DNA of 64,000 nucleotides from Candidatus Sulfotelmatobacter sp. (GCA_036500765.1 DASYBM010000002.1:226874-290873); one strand, 5' to 3'; counted from the first letter of the stretch, positions 9,749 to 17,804 are shown. Notes: generated from the sequence alone by a model not told the origin. Numbers and translations: made by a program.

Positions 9749-11056
9749 ATGGCAATGGCGACCTCCAACGCTTCTACAAACACAACTACCGCACCGGGCA
9801 GCGGACAAAGTTACGGCGCTGCGCTGGCTGTGGTGACCACGCTCTTCTTCATGTGGGGATTTCTTACCTGCTTGAACGACATCTTAGTTCCTCATCTGAA
9901 GTCGATTTTCGACCTCACTTATGCGGAGGTCATGCTGATCCAGTTCGCTTTCTTCGGCTCATATTTCCTCTTCTCGATCCCATCGGCTAAGCTGATAGAT
10001 TGGATTGGATATCAGAAATCGATGGTGGTTGGCCTGCTCACCATGGGACTCGGCGCATTTCTGTTTGTACCGGCCGCGAGCGTTCCGTCGTTTCCTTTAT
10101 TCCTGGGCGCGCTCATCGTTCTCGCAGCAGGGATTACGTGCCTGCAAGTGGCCGCGAATCCTTACGTCACGGTTCTGGGAAAACCAGAGACGGCTTCGAG
10201 CCGACTAAATCTCACGCAGGCATTTAATTCGCTGGGCACATTTCTGGCGCCGTTTTTCGGCGGGATGCTGATTCTAAGTGCTGCGCCGAAAACTATGGAT
10301 CAAATCCGCGCGATGACGCCCGATGTCTTGCAGGCGTACCGTGTCCATGAGGCCGCGACGGTCAAAACGCCGTATGTCGGACTTGGAATTGCGCTGGTAT
10401 TGCTCGCTGTGGCGATCGGGAGTTTCAAACTGCCGACCATCGCGCATGCGCAGCACAAAGTCGGCGAGAAAGTGAACGACTCGATCTGGCGGCATCCGAA
10501 TTTAATTTTCGGCGCTCTCGCCATCTTCGTCTACGTTGGCGGCGAAGTCTCCATTGGGAGCTTTCTAGTGAACTATTTCGGCCAGCCGGAGATTGGCGGC
10601 CTGACGGAAAAGGTTGCGGCGAGCTACGTGGCTTTCTATTGGGGCGGCGCCATGGTTGGGCGTTTCATCGGCTCGGGGTTGTTGCAAAAGATGAGCACGC
10701 GACAACTCCTGGGAATCTGCGCGGTGTGCGCGGGCGCGCTGGTTGCCATCTCGATGCTTACGACCGGACCCACCGCGATGTATAGCATCATCCTGGTAGG
10801 GTTCTTCAACTCGATCATGTTCCCGAGCATCTTTACTCTGGGCGTGGCCGAATTGGGTCCGCTGACGGGGGACGGGTCGGGAGTCATGATTATGGCCATT
10901 GTTGGCGGGGCGATTCTTCCCGTAGCACAGGGCGCGATTGCCGATCGCATTGGCATACATCACGCATTCTTCCTTCCGGTATTGTGTTACCTGTACATCT
11001 TGTTCTTTGCCTTGAACGGATCGAAACCCAACAGCGAGCGTTATGCGAAGGCGTGA
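9749..11056 (+). CDS. MFS sugar:H+ symporter of the FucP/GluP (fucose or glucose/galactose) family
   Basis: Signature FFMWGFLTCLNDILVPHLK near the N-terminus, about 12 hydrophobic segments, 435 aa. Confidence 0.8.
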   Translation: MAMATSNASTNTTTAPGSGQSYGAALAVVTTLFFMWGFLTCLNDILVPHLKSIFDLTYAEVMLIQFAFFGSYFLFSIPSAKLIDWIGYQKSMVVGLLTMGLGAFLFVPAASVPSFPLFLGALIVLAAGITCLQVAANPYVTVLGKPETASSRLNLTQAFNSLGTFLAPFFGGMLILSAAPKTMDQIRAMTPDVLQAYRVHEAATVKTPYVGLGIALVLLAVAIGSFKLPTIAHAQHKVGEKVNDSIWRHPNLIFGALAIFVYVGGEVSIGSFLVNYFGQPEIGGLTEKVAASYVAFYWGGAMVGRFIGSGLLQKMSTRQLLGICAVCAGALVAISMLTTGPTAMYSIILVGFFNSIMFPSIFTLGVAELGPLTGDGSGVMIMAIVGGAILPVAQGAIADRIGIHHAFFLPVLCYLYILFFALNGSKPNSERYAKA

Positions 11057-11146
11057 GTCGCGGCCTGCAAGGGTACGGTGGAGAACACAGACCAGGCCCT
11101 GCATAAGTTTGATAATATGTTGCGGCGCTGAGTTGTCATATCCTTG

Positions 11147-11162
11147 ACTAAAACGATTTAGT
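11147..11162. promoter_or_regulatory. Candidate LacI-family operator (CG-centred pseudo-palindrome) overlapping a TTGACT -35-like box
   Basis: ACTAAAACGATTTAGT has 14 of 16 positions palindromic around a central CG. It lies 6-21 nt upstream of the LacI-family gene start at 11168. TTGACT is at 11144-11149. Confidence 0.4.
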
Positions 11163-11167
11163 TCAAT

Positions 11168-12199
11168 ATGGGGCAAATTAAGAAGCCGGGCCAACCGGAG
11201 GTCATCACTCTTAAGGCCGTCGCCCAACATATAGGACTCACGCCAGGCACAGTCTCGGCAGTTCTGAACGATTCGCCGTCGGCGCGGTCCATTCCGCAGG
11301 AGACCAAGAATCGGATCCACGCAGCCGCCAAGGAACTCAATTACCGTCCTAACTTTTTTGCGCGCACGTTGCGCAACAAGCGCACCTACACCATTGGAGT
11401 GATTGCGGAAGAGATTGGCGACTCGTACAGCTCGCCGATCATCAGCGGCATCGAGCAATACTTGCGGCAGCGCGATTATTTTTTTCTGACCGTAGTGCAC
11501 CGGCACGATGCCGGTTTGCTGAATCGATATTCACAGCTGCTCTCGGAACGGGGAGTTGAGGGTATTATCACCGTAGACACGACGGTGCAGGAAGCTCCCG
11601 CTCTGCCTACCGTGGCTGTGGCCGGCCACAAGATCTTAAGGGGCGTCACCAACATTACGCTCGACCACATCAAAGCGGCGATTCTGGCTTTGAACCATTT
11701 GGCGGAACTCGGCCACGAGCGGATCGCTTTCATGAAGGGAAATCCCGTAAGCTCCGATGCGAAGGACCGCTGGGACGCGATCCGCCAAGTGGCCGCAGAA
11801 ATTGGATTGAAGATCGATCCCGAACTGACGGTGCAGATCGATACCGACGACCCGACGCCGAAGTTGGGCTATCCTTTTGCCAAACAACTCTTGGCCCGCA
11901 AAGTGCCATTCACCGCGTTGTTCGCTTACAACGATATTTCTGCCATTGGCGCAATTCGGGCGTTACAAGAACATGGACTGCGGGTTCCGCAGGACGTTTC
12001 GGTGATGGGGTTCGATGACATTCCTGGAGCCGCCTACCACACGCCCAGTTTAACCACGGTGCAACAGCCGCTAAACCGAATGGGGGAAGTGGCGGCGCAG
12101 GTGCTGCTGGAACGGATTGAGGGGAAGAAAGAATATCCCTCCGAAATTGCGATTGAGCCTGCGTTGGTGGTGCGGGAATCGACGGCTAAGACCGCTTAA
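11168..12199 (+). CDS. LacI-family transcriptional regulator
   Basis: N-terminal HTH TLKAVAQHIGLTPGTVSAVLND followed by a periplasmic-binding-protein-like sugar-sensor domain (YNDISAIGAIRAL..G.RVPQDVSVMGFDD). Confidence 0.9.
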   Translation: MGQIKKPGQPEVITLKAVAQHIGLTPGTVSAVLNDSPSARSIPQETKNRIHAAAKELNYRPNFFARTLRNKRTYTIGVIAEEIGDSYSSPIISGIEQYLRQRDYFFLTVVHRHDAGLLNRYSQLLSERGVEGIITVDTTVQEAPALPTVAVAGHKILRGVTNITLDHIKAAILALNHLAELGHERIAFMKGNPVSSDAKDRWDAIRQVAAEIGLKIDPELTVQIDTDDPTPKLGYPFAKQLLARKVPFTALFAYNDISAIGAIRALQEHGLRVPQDVSVMGFDDIPGAAYHTPSLTTVQQPLNRMGEVAAQVLLERIEGKKEYPSEIAIEPALVVRESTAKTA

Positions 12200-12245
12200 T
12201 AGTCCGATATAGTAATCCGAGGGCGGGCCGCCGCCAATTCCCACC

Positions 12246-13445
12246 ATGCCTTTTTCTGACGCAGCAACTGCTACAGCATCCTCAGCAAAATCCGCCAAAG
12301 CTCTTACGCTGGCGGCCTACGCTTCGTTCGTGCCGATCGGAATCGCGACCGTGCTATTGGGTCCGATGCTGCCAATATTGTCGACCCGATGGTCGCTGAA
12401 CTATTCGCAAGCGGGCCGGCTATTTCCTACACAGTACATAGCGTCGACCGTGGCAGTCGCTTTGTCTGGAGTGCTGGTTTCGCGTTGGGGATTTCGATTT
12501 GCCATCAAGGCCGGACTGGTGCTGGCGACTGCGGGAGTGGGCCTGCTGCTGGCCGGTCCGGAAACCCTCGGCATGGCATGTATTGCGGCATACGGAGGCG
12601 GCCTGGGGCTTGCGGTTCCGGCGGCCAATCTGTTGGTGGCGGAGGTCAATCCGGGACGGCGTAGCGCTACCTTGAATCTGCTGAATTTCTGCTGGAGTGC
12701 GGGCTCAGTGGCTTCGCCCTTTCTGGTCGCAGCCGCGGCCAAACGAGACGAGATTCCGCTCTTGCTGGCTTGCATTGCGGGATTTCTGCTGCTGGTTGCG
12801 CTGGGCATCGCGGCCATGCCCTCTTCCATCATCGAACCATCGGTCGCGCGAGAGGCCAAACCGAGCCGAGGGCTCGGGATCGATTGGAAGAATCCAGCGT
12901 TGCCGAACCTAGCGGCACTTTTTTTCATTTACGTCGGCACGGAAAATGGATTCGGATTGTGGGTAGCCACCTATGCGAAGAGCCTGGGCAGTTTGAGCAT
13001 AACCACGGCGTTGATGACGCCCTCGTTTTTCTACTCGGCGCTGCTGGCTGGACGTTTGCTGGCCCCGCTCCTGCTGCGGTTGACGAACGAGGTGCGCCTG
13101 GCGCAGGCGGGATTGCTGGTGGCATGCGCGGGGATGGGCGGGCTGCTGTTCTCGCACGCCCTGCCCGGGGTATTGTTGAGCGCCTGCCTGGCTGGATTCG
13201 GTCTCTCCATTGTCTACCCGATCGCGGTCGCGCTTTTGTCGCTGGAGTTTGGGGCGTCGGCAGCGCGTGTGGGATCGCTGCTGTTTACGCTTTCGAATTT
13301 GGGGGGCGGATTACTGCCGTGGATTGTCGGTGTTTCATCGACGCGATTCGGGACGCTCAGGGCGGGATTGATTATGCCCTTGATCGGAAGCGGGCTGATG
13401 TATGTGCTCTATCTGCGGAAATGGAAGACGGAGCCGGGTGTCTAG
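12246..13445 (+). CDS. MFS transporter
   Basis: 399 aa with about 12 predicted TM segments and Gly/Ala/Leu-rich helices. Substrate cannot be read from the sequence. Confidence 0.7.
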   Translation: MPFSDAATATASSAKSAKALTLAAYASFVPIGIATVLLGPMLPILSTRWSLNYSQAGRLFPTQYIASTVAVALSGVLVSRWGFRFAIKAGLVLATAGVGLLLAGPETLGMACIAAYGGGLGLAVPAANLLVAEVNPGRRSATLNLLNFCWSAGSVASPFLVAAAAKRDEIPLLLACIAGFLLLVALGIAAMPSSIIEPSVAREAKPSRGLGIDWKNPALPNLAALFFIYVGTENGFGLWVATYAKSLGSLSITTALMTPSFFYSALLAGRLLAPLLLRLTNEVRLAQAGLLVACAGMGGLLFSHALPGVLLSACLAGFGLSIVYPIAVALLSLEFGASAARVGSLLFTLSNLGGGLLPWIVGVSSTRFGTLRAGLIMPLIGSGLMYVLYLRKWKTEPGV

Positions 13446-13557
13446 CCGACCATACCAAGCAAGTGGCGTCCCTGCGGGACTCCTTCTTTTTGTTCGCTCC
13501 TTTCCGGGCACTCCCGTGCCGGCTTTGGCATGCCGCCTCGCGGCTGTAGTTGATCGG

Positions 13558-14712
13558 CTAGGTGCGTACGAATCTGGCGGCGAGACGACTGAGTCGCACC
13601 AGGCGATATATCGGGAAAAGCGGTGGAGGTAAATGGACTGCCTGCCAGTCGCTGGGGCCAGAAGTAAAAGCCAGACGCTTCAGGAATCGTAGGCGATCGG
13701 CGGGGCGTTCGCGGAGACGCATCATCAACCGGAAGTACGCCACCGATTCCACGTTGTAGGAGGACTGGGTGGCAAGATGAGTTTGAATCTCGTCTGCCAG
13801 AGCCGGCGTTACCGGATCTTCGGGAAGACAGGTTTGCGCGGCAGAAGGCATGACCGCATTCAAAAGCCGATTCGCGAGCACCATCGTGACCCGAACGATA
13901 CGGACAATGCCCAAGGCTTGCGCCTGAGAGCCGATCCAATTCCAATCCAACGTTGGGAGCGCCATGATGCGGGCAATATCACAAAGCCAGATCAAACGTC
14001 CCCACACATGTTTGGCTGCGTGCGCCGATAGTAATAGGACCAAGTCTTCCGGCGCAGGAGTTGGCATCGGACGACCAGCAACCGGCACAGTAATAGCGCG
14101 CTGGAACAAGCAGTTCATTTCAAAATCGATGGCATAAAACCGCGGCTGCATCGCCCATTGCACCTCAAGAAGATTGGGACCGGCGGGGCCGTCGAAGGCG
14201 CATTCGTATCCTGACTTCAGGTAGGCACGCTCCTCAGCTGGAGAAAAATCCAGGTGCGGCATGTAACCGAGATCGCGGACCGCGTCCCGGATGTGAGGGA
14301 AGTCCTGGGGATGGATGAGCAGATCGATATCGCCGGACTGACGAAGCGCGATGTCGCCGTAGATTGTTTCAGCCAGCGCCAGCCCCTTGTAAGGCATCGC
14401 CTGAAGACCGAGCCCAGACAAGTGGTCAAGGATTCGAATCAACTCACAGGACAGCAATAACGTCTTGTGGAGATTGGTTTGGAACCGCTGCTTCAGCGAA
14501 GACAGTTCCTTGCGACGAACGTCTTCTACTTCGACAACAGCTTGATGAAGAAGTGGAAGAGTACCGTGGCGTTCGGCGAGATCGAAAAGAACTTCCCAGC
14601 GGATGGACTCGCGTGACAAAGACCGAATGTGGAAAATCTGTTCCTTGCGTGAAACTTCAGAACACGCCGCTAGGAGAAGGGACCACTCGGCTTCGAGTGT
14701 AGCGGAAGGCAT
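13558..14712 (-). CDS. Nucleotidyltransferase-fold protein (uncharacterised NTase family, PF14907-like)
   Basis: NTase-fold motif ...YGDIALRQSGDIDLLIHPQDF..., 384 aa. It is the last gene of the rSAM/PqqD/kinase operon, 30 nt downstream of the rSAM gene. Confidence 0.6.
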   Translation of the reverse strand: MPSATLEAEWSLLLAACSEVSRKEQIFHIRSLSRESIRWEVLFDLAERHGTLPLLHQAVVEVEDVRRKELSSLKQRFQTNLHKTLLLSCELIRILDHLSGLGLQAMPYKGLALAETIYGDIALRQSGDIDLLIHPQDFPHIRDAVRDLGYMPHLDFSPAEERAYLKSGYECAFDGPAGPNLLEVQWAMQPRFYAIDFEMNCLFQRAITVPVAGRPMPTPAPEDLVLLLSAHAAKHVWGRLIWLCDIARIMALPTLDWNWIGSQAQALGIVRIVRVTMVLANRLLNAVMPSAAQTCLPEDPVTPALADEIQTHLATQSSYNVESVAYFRLMMRLRERPADRLRFLKRLAFTSGPSDWQAVHLPPPLFPIYRLVRLSRLAARFVRT

Positions 14713-14742
14713 GTGTTCGTTCGGACCGCGAAACGGTCCGGA

Positions 14743-15903
14743 TCACCCGATCGTGCCGTGCGCCGAAGTGACAACGGCTGACGCAAGGGGACGAATCTGC
14801 ACCAGAGTCGCGTGTCCCATCGCCTTATCCATCCAATCCAGATTCACGCCAGCCGCTTGCTTGGCTAGCATATTGGCCGAGGGAATCCCGGTCCGAGCGT
14901 AGGACTTCTGACAATCCTGCGACGAAGGCCCCCGCATGTTGCCTTCCATGTAGGCGAGACCGGGGCAGCGTGTGCAGGTTGTGGCGTGACTACATGAGGA
15001 GCACGTCGGCAAATGCTTGGTGCGGATCGAGCGCACTTCATTCATTTGGTCGGAATAGCGCCAAATGTCGACGAAGCGCTGCTGGCGTACGTTCCCAGTC
15101 GGCAGCGGAAACTGCACGCACGGGAATACGTCGCCGTACGGTGAAACGTAACACGCCGTGTGGCCGGCACTGCACGGCACGGATTCGAGGTCGCTTTCGC
15201 CCGGCGGCGGGGGGATCGCGCAATATTCGTCAGTGTCGCCCACCAGGGCTGTATCGCGGAAAACCTGCCGCAACGCGGTCGTGTCAACGCCAAGATCGAG
15301 AGTGGAGCGGTTGCCGTCCATCATGGGCGTGACAGTGGGATCGAGAGTACATTCGACGCCAAGTTCAGCGGCGAGCGCGCGCACGCCGGAATAATCCTGC
15401 ATGTTCTGCGTCATCAGAACGTTGGCGATGATGACTTTTAATCCCTGCGATTTCAGAAAGCGGATGGCAGCAAGGGAACGCTTGAGCGAGCCAGGAATCA
15501 GCGTGATGGCGTCGTGAACTTCGGGGCGGTGCGAGTAAATGCTGACCTGAATCGATTCGACATGAAGATCGCGGAGGCGGGCGGCCTCATGCTCGCGGAT
15601 GAGGACAGCGTTGGTCTTGAGCTTCACGCAGAACATGAGACGGCGGGCGTGTTCGAGAAGCTCGAAGAAATCCTTGCGCAGAAAAATCTCGCCGCCGCTG
15701 AGCGTGAGAATGAACACCCCGGCGTCGGCCATTTGATCGAACAAGTGCTTGATTTCCGTTGTGGTCATCTCACCGTGATCGTCATGATCGAGATAACAGT
15801 GAACACAGCGCTCATTGCAGCGATAAGTGAGATCGACCTGGACGCTGAGGGGAATGTTGAGTTTCAGCGCTTTCTCGGACATTTCCTGTAGAAGCGCGCT
15901 CAT
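14743..15903 (-). CDS. Radical SAM enzyme with C-terminal SPASM-type auxiliary cluster domain (peptide-modifying type)
   Basis: CX3CX2C motif CNERCVHCY at residues 29-37. C-terminal Cys array CSAGHTACYVSPYGDVFPC...CSSCSHATTCTRCPG matches the SPASM pattern. The ATGA start/stop overlap with the PqqD-like gene indicates translational coupling. Confidence 0.9.
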   Translation of the reverse strand: MSALLQEMSEKALKLNIPLSVQVDLTYRCNERCVHCYLDHDDHGEMTTTEIKHLFDQMADAGVFILTLSGGEIFLRKDFFELLEHARRLMFCVKLKTNAVLIREHEAARLRDLHVESIQVSIYSHRPEVHDAITLIPGSLKRSLAAIRFLKSQGLKVIIANVLMTQNMQDYSGVRALAAELGVECTLDPTVTPMMDGNRSTLDLGVDTTALRQVFRDTALVGDTDEYCAIPPPPGESDLESVPCSAGHTACYVSPYGDVFPCVQFPLPTGNVRQQRFVDIWRYSDQMNEVRSIRTKHLPTCSSCSHATTCTRCPGLAYMEGNMRGPSSQDCQKSYARTGIPSANMLAKQAAGVNLDWMDKAMGHATLVQIRPLASAVVTSAHGTIG

Positions 15904-16232
15904 CGGGATTCTCCAAGGGCCGAGTTTGGCGTCCTGATCGGTCTGTCTACAATTGGGTGATCTGAGATTTGCAATATCTCATGCGTGGCTAGTTCCCGCG
16001 CCAGGGTTTCGGCGTCGTGCAATGCCTCAGAGGGCTCCACTTCGAACTCAGAGCAGATGCGGTGCTCAACGATTTCGTCGAGCGGAGTGCTGCCGTCGGC
16101 GGATTGCCACAGAATGGTCGCGGTCTTGTTCAGAGTAAAGAGCGTGGAATCACGGCCCGACATGATCATCATTTCGCCGTCGAGACTGCGGGCTGCGACT
16201 CGCGGATTGCGGGCAAGGTAAAGTCGGCTCAT
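15900..16232 (-). CDS. PqqD-family protein (RiPP recognition element / peptide chaperone)
   Basis: 110 aa. The pattern ...ARSLDGEMMIMSGRDSTLFTLNKTATILWQSADGSTPLDEIVEHRICSEFEVEPSEALHDAETLARELATHEIL is the typical PqqD winged-helix layout. It overlaps both neighbours by 4 nt. Confidence 0.75.
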   Translation of the reverse strand: MSRLYLARNPRVAARSLDGEMMIMSGRDSTLFTLNKTATILWQSADGSTPLDEIVEHRICSEFEVEPSEALHDAETLARELATHEILQISDHPIVDRPIRTPNSALGESR

Positions 16233-17098
16233 CCGATCAACTCCCAGACCCGGGCATCGGGTACAAAAGTGAGGCGCGACACCGGGACCCGGCTCACGAA
16301 CTCGAAGGCGGAATGAAATGTGGCTTGCACCAGTTCCTCATCCTGCGCGAAAAACAGAAGATTAGCAAGTAGCGATCGAGTCGCTTCCCCGGGCGCCAGG
16401 GGATCGATGCGATTCACCGGGCCTTTGGCGAGCAAGTAGAGGGCGGCGATCGGAGCCGAAACATTTTCGCCGAGCTTGGCTAGTTCGCCGGTAAACGGCG
16501 TACCGTACGCCATGTAGCCGCCATCGTGCTTGCGCACGCCTTCCCTGCGCAGATCTTCCTTTCGGGCGCTTTCTTTTCGAACGTAGGAAATTTCGTCGGT
16601 CAACAATGTTGCGTCGGGCGGGGCCAGCCGGGAGATCGTGGTTTTACCGGCCTCCGAAACGCCGGCGAATAAGAAAGCCCTGCCATTGCGTATGGCGCTG
16701 GCGGAGTGCAGAAGGAATCCGCCCTGACGGGCAAGCACGAGCGTGTGGACAATGCGCAGCACGGCGTCGATCGAATAAGGATTGGCCGACTGGCGAATCC
16801 ACCCACGACGCGAAGCGGGCTCCCACTCGGCGCGAAAATCTCCTCGCTCCATGGTCCAGCGGCCCTCATGTTGAGTAACGCTTACTACGGCATAAGGATC
16901 GGCGAAGGTGGCGGGTCTGAGGTCAACATCGAATTCAATTTCCACGGGTCTGTCCGCCCGCTCCGAGACCACGAATCCGGCATAGCGGTCTTGCAGCATC
17001 GCCAGAAAGCCCGCATCTGTGGCCAGGACGCGGACGGGCATGCCTCCGATTTCAATCACGAGGCTGAGGCGGTCGACTTCAGTGGTTAGCTCGGGCAA
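16229..17098 (-). CDS. HPr-kinase-C-terminal-like P-loop protein (HprK-related kinase)
   Basis: Walker-A-like FAGVSEAGKTT in a 289-aa protein with no other recognisable domain. The call also rests on gene context next to PqqD and the NTase. Confidence 0.55.
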   Translation of the reverse strand: MPELTTEVDRLSLVIEIGGMPVRVLATDAGFLAMLQDRYAGFVVSERADRPVEIEFDVDLRPATFADPYAVVSVTQHEGRWTMERGDFRAEWEPASRRGWIRQSANPYSIDAVLRIVHTLVLARQGGFLLHSASAIRNGRAFLFAGVSEAGKTTISRLAPPDATLLTDEISYVRKESARKEDLRREGVRKHDGGYMAYGTPFTGELAKLGENVSAPIAALYLLAKGPVNRIDPLAPGEATRSLLANLLFFAQDEELVQATFHSAFEFVSRVPVSRLTFVPDARVWELIG

Positions 17099-17601
17099 AC
17101 GACGTCTCGATCCTGATTGCGGCTCGGAGTCTGGCGCATGCCATGAATGCCTGCGACTACACGGGCAGCGAACTTAGAACGCTGAATCATGGCCGCTACT
17201 GCGTGCTCGAAGAAGCTCTGATTCTGGCGCGGGCGAATGAATTTGCCGTTACGCTCGATCAGGGAAACTCTCCCCATGACTTCGCCTTCCGGCACTGGCG
17301 GATCCGCGGCAGCCATCGCATCCCCGCGGGTCACGATTTCGAAAGCTGGTCGGTGGCCTGGGGCGACCGTGCGACGCACAACTCTATGTACTACGAGTCG
17401 CCGGTCGCGGCCGTACAAGACGATGTCGCCTTCTGAAATGCAACCGGTGGAGATGCGCTCGATCGTGAGCATGTCTCCAGGCATGATGGCTGGCAGCATG
17501 CTCCATCCTGTAACACACAGACGCAAAGTACCGGACGAGCGCAAGACTTCACTCGCCAGTTCGCACTTCAACGCGTGCACGGCATTGGCGGCGGGACTCA
17601 C
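17086..17601 (-). CDS. S24/S26-family serine peptidase (signal-peptidase-I/LexA-like fold), candidate leader peptidase; start reassigned
   Basis: Motif RLCVTGWSMLPAIMPGDML (nucleophile-Ser region), then GDIVLY and RGDAM. The track start at 17664 would overlap the 56-aa small ORF. An in-frame GTG at 17601 lies 8 nt after that ORF's stop and leaves about 33 aa before the catalytic Ser region. Confidence 0.6.
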   Translation of the reverse strand: MSPAANAVHALKCELASEVLRSSGTLRLCVTGWSMLPAIMPGDMLTIERISTGCISEGDIVLYGRDRRLVVHRVVRRTVAPGHRPAFEIVTRGDAMAAADPPVPEGEVMGRVSLIERNGKFIRPRQNQSFFEHAVAAMIQRSKFAARVVAGIHGMRQTPSRNQDRDVVCPS

Positions 17602-17609
17602 ACGTGGTT

Positions 17610-17780
17610 CTAGGAAACCTTGGAACTCGTACAGCCCCCTTGGGTCGCGCTTATCTTGCCGCACGAAAGCGCGCTGGTTACAAACACCTGTTCGAAGCGA
17701 AAAGCGGGCTTTTCGTACGGTTTCTTGTTGGTCTCCGAGGTGCGCGGAGCGTCATCGGAAGAAAAGTTGTTCATCGCCAT
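17610..17780 (-). CDS. Candidate RiPP precursor peptide (56 aa), not in the ORF track
   Basis: Hand translation of the minus strand gives MAMNNFSSDDAPRTSETNKKPYEKPAFRFEQVFVTSALSCGKISATQGGCTSSKVS*. ATG at 17780-17778, with AAGG 8-11 nt upstream; TAG at 17612-17610. It sits immediately upstream of the peptidase/kinase/PqqD/rSAM genes on the same strand. The N-terminal half is hydrophilic and leader-like, with a YEKPAF motif. The C-terminal half is rich in Cys, Ser, Thr and Gly. Confidence 0.5.
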   Translation of the reverse strand: MAMNNFSSDDAPRTSETNKKPYEKPAFRFEQVFVTSALSCGKISATQGGCTSSKVS

Positions 17781-17804
17781 AAAGGACCTTGCCTACAGCA
17801 GAAT

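Noticed and set aside
9631-9990. 119-aa ORF upstream of and overlapping the FucP-type permease start
   Set aside because: It is out of frame with the permease, which has a canonical N-terminus from the ATG at 9749. It has Arg-rich shadow composition.
10565-11506. 313-aa minus-strand ORF spanning the permease 3' end, the intergenic region and the LacI gene 5' end
   Set aside because: It crosses two confidently assigned plus-strand genes and an AT-rich promoter region. It has Arg-rich shadow composition.
17086-17664. Longest-ORF version of the S24/S26 peptidase starting at ATG 17664 (MRQDKRDPRGLYEFQGFLEPR...)
   Set aside because: The first 21 codons overlap, in another frame, the C-terminal third of the 56-aa ORF that has its own SD. 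An in-frame GTG at 17601 gives a normal-length N-terminus before the GWSMLP motif. The 17664 start is kept only as an alternative.
13558-17780. Lasso peptide cluster interpretation
   Set aside because: The kinase, NTase and PqqD trio suggested it. However, no Asn-synthetase-like cyclase and no transglutaminase-like B2 protease is encoded here, and the core enzyme present is an rSAM/SPASM protein.
14743-17780. PQQ biosynthesis operon (pqqA-D-E) interpretation
   Set aside because: No PqqB or PqqC homologues are present. The small peptide lacks the Glu-x-x-x-Tyr pair needed for PQQ. Only the KPAF leader motif resembles PqqA.
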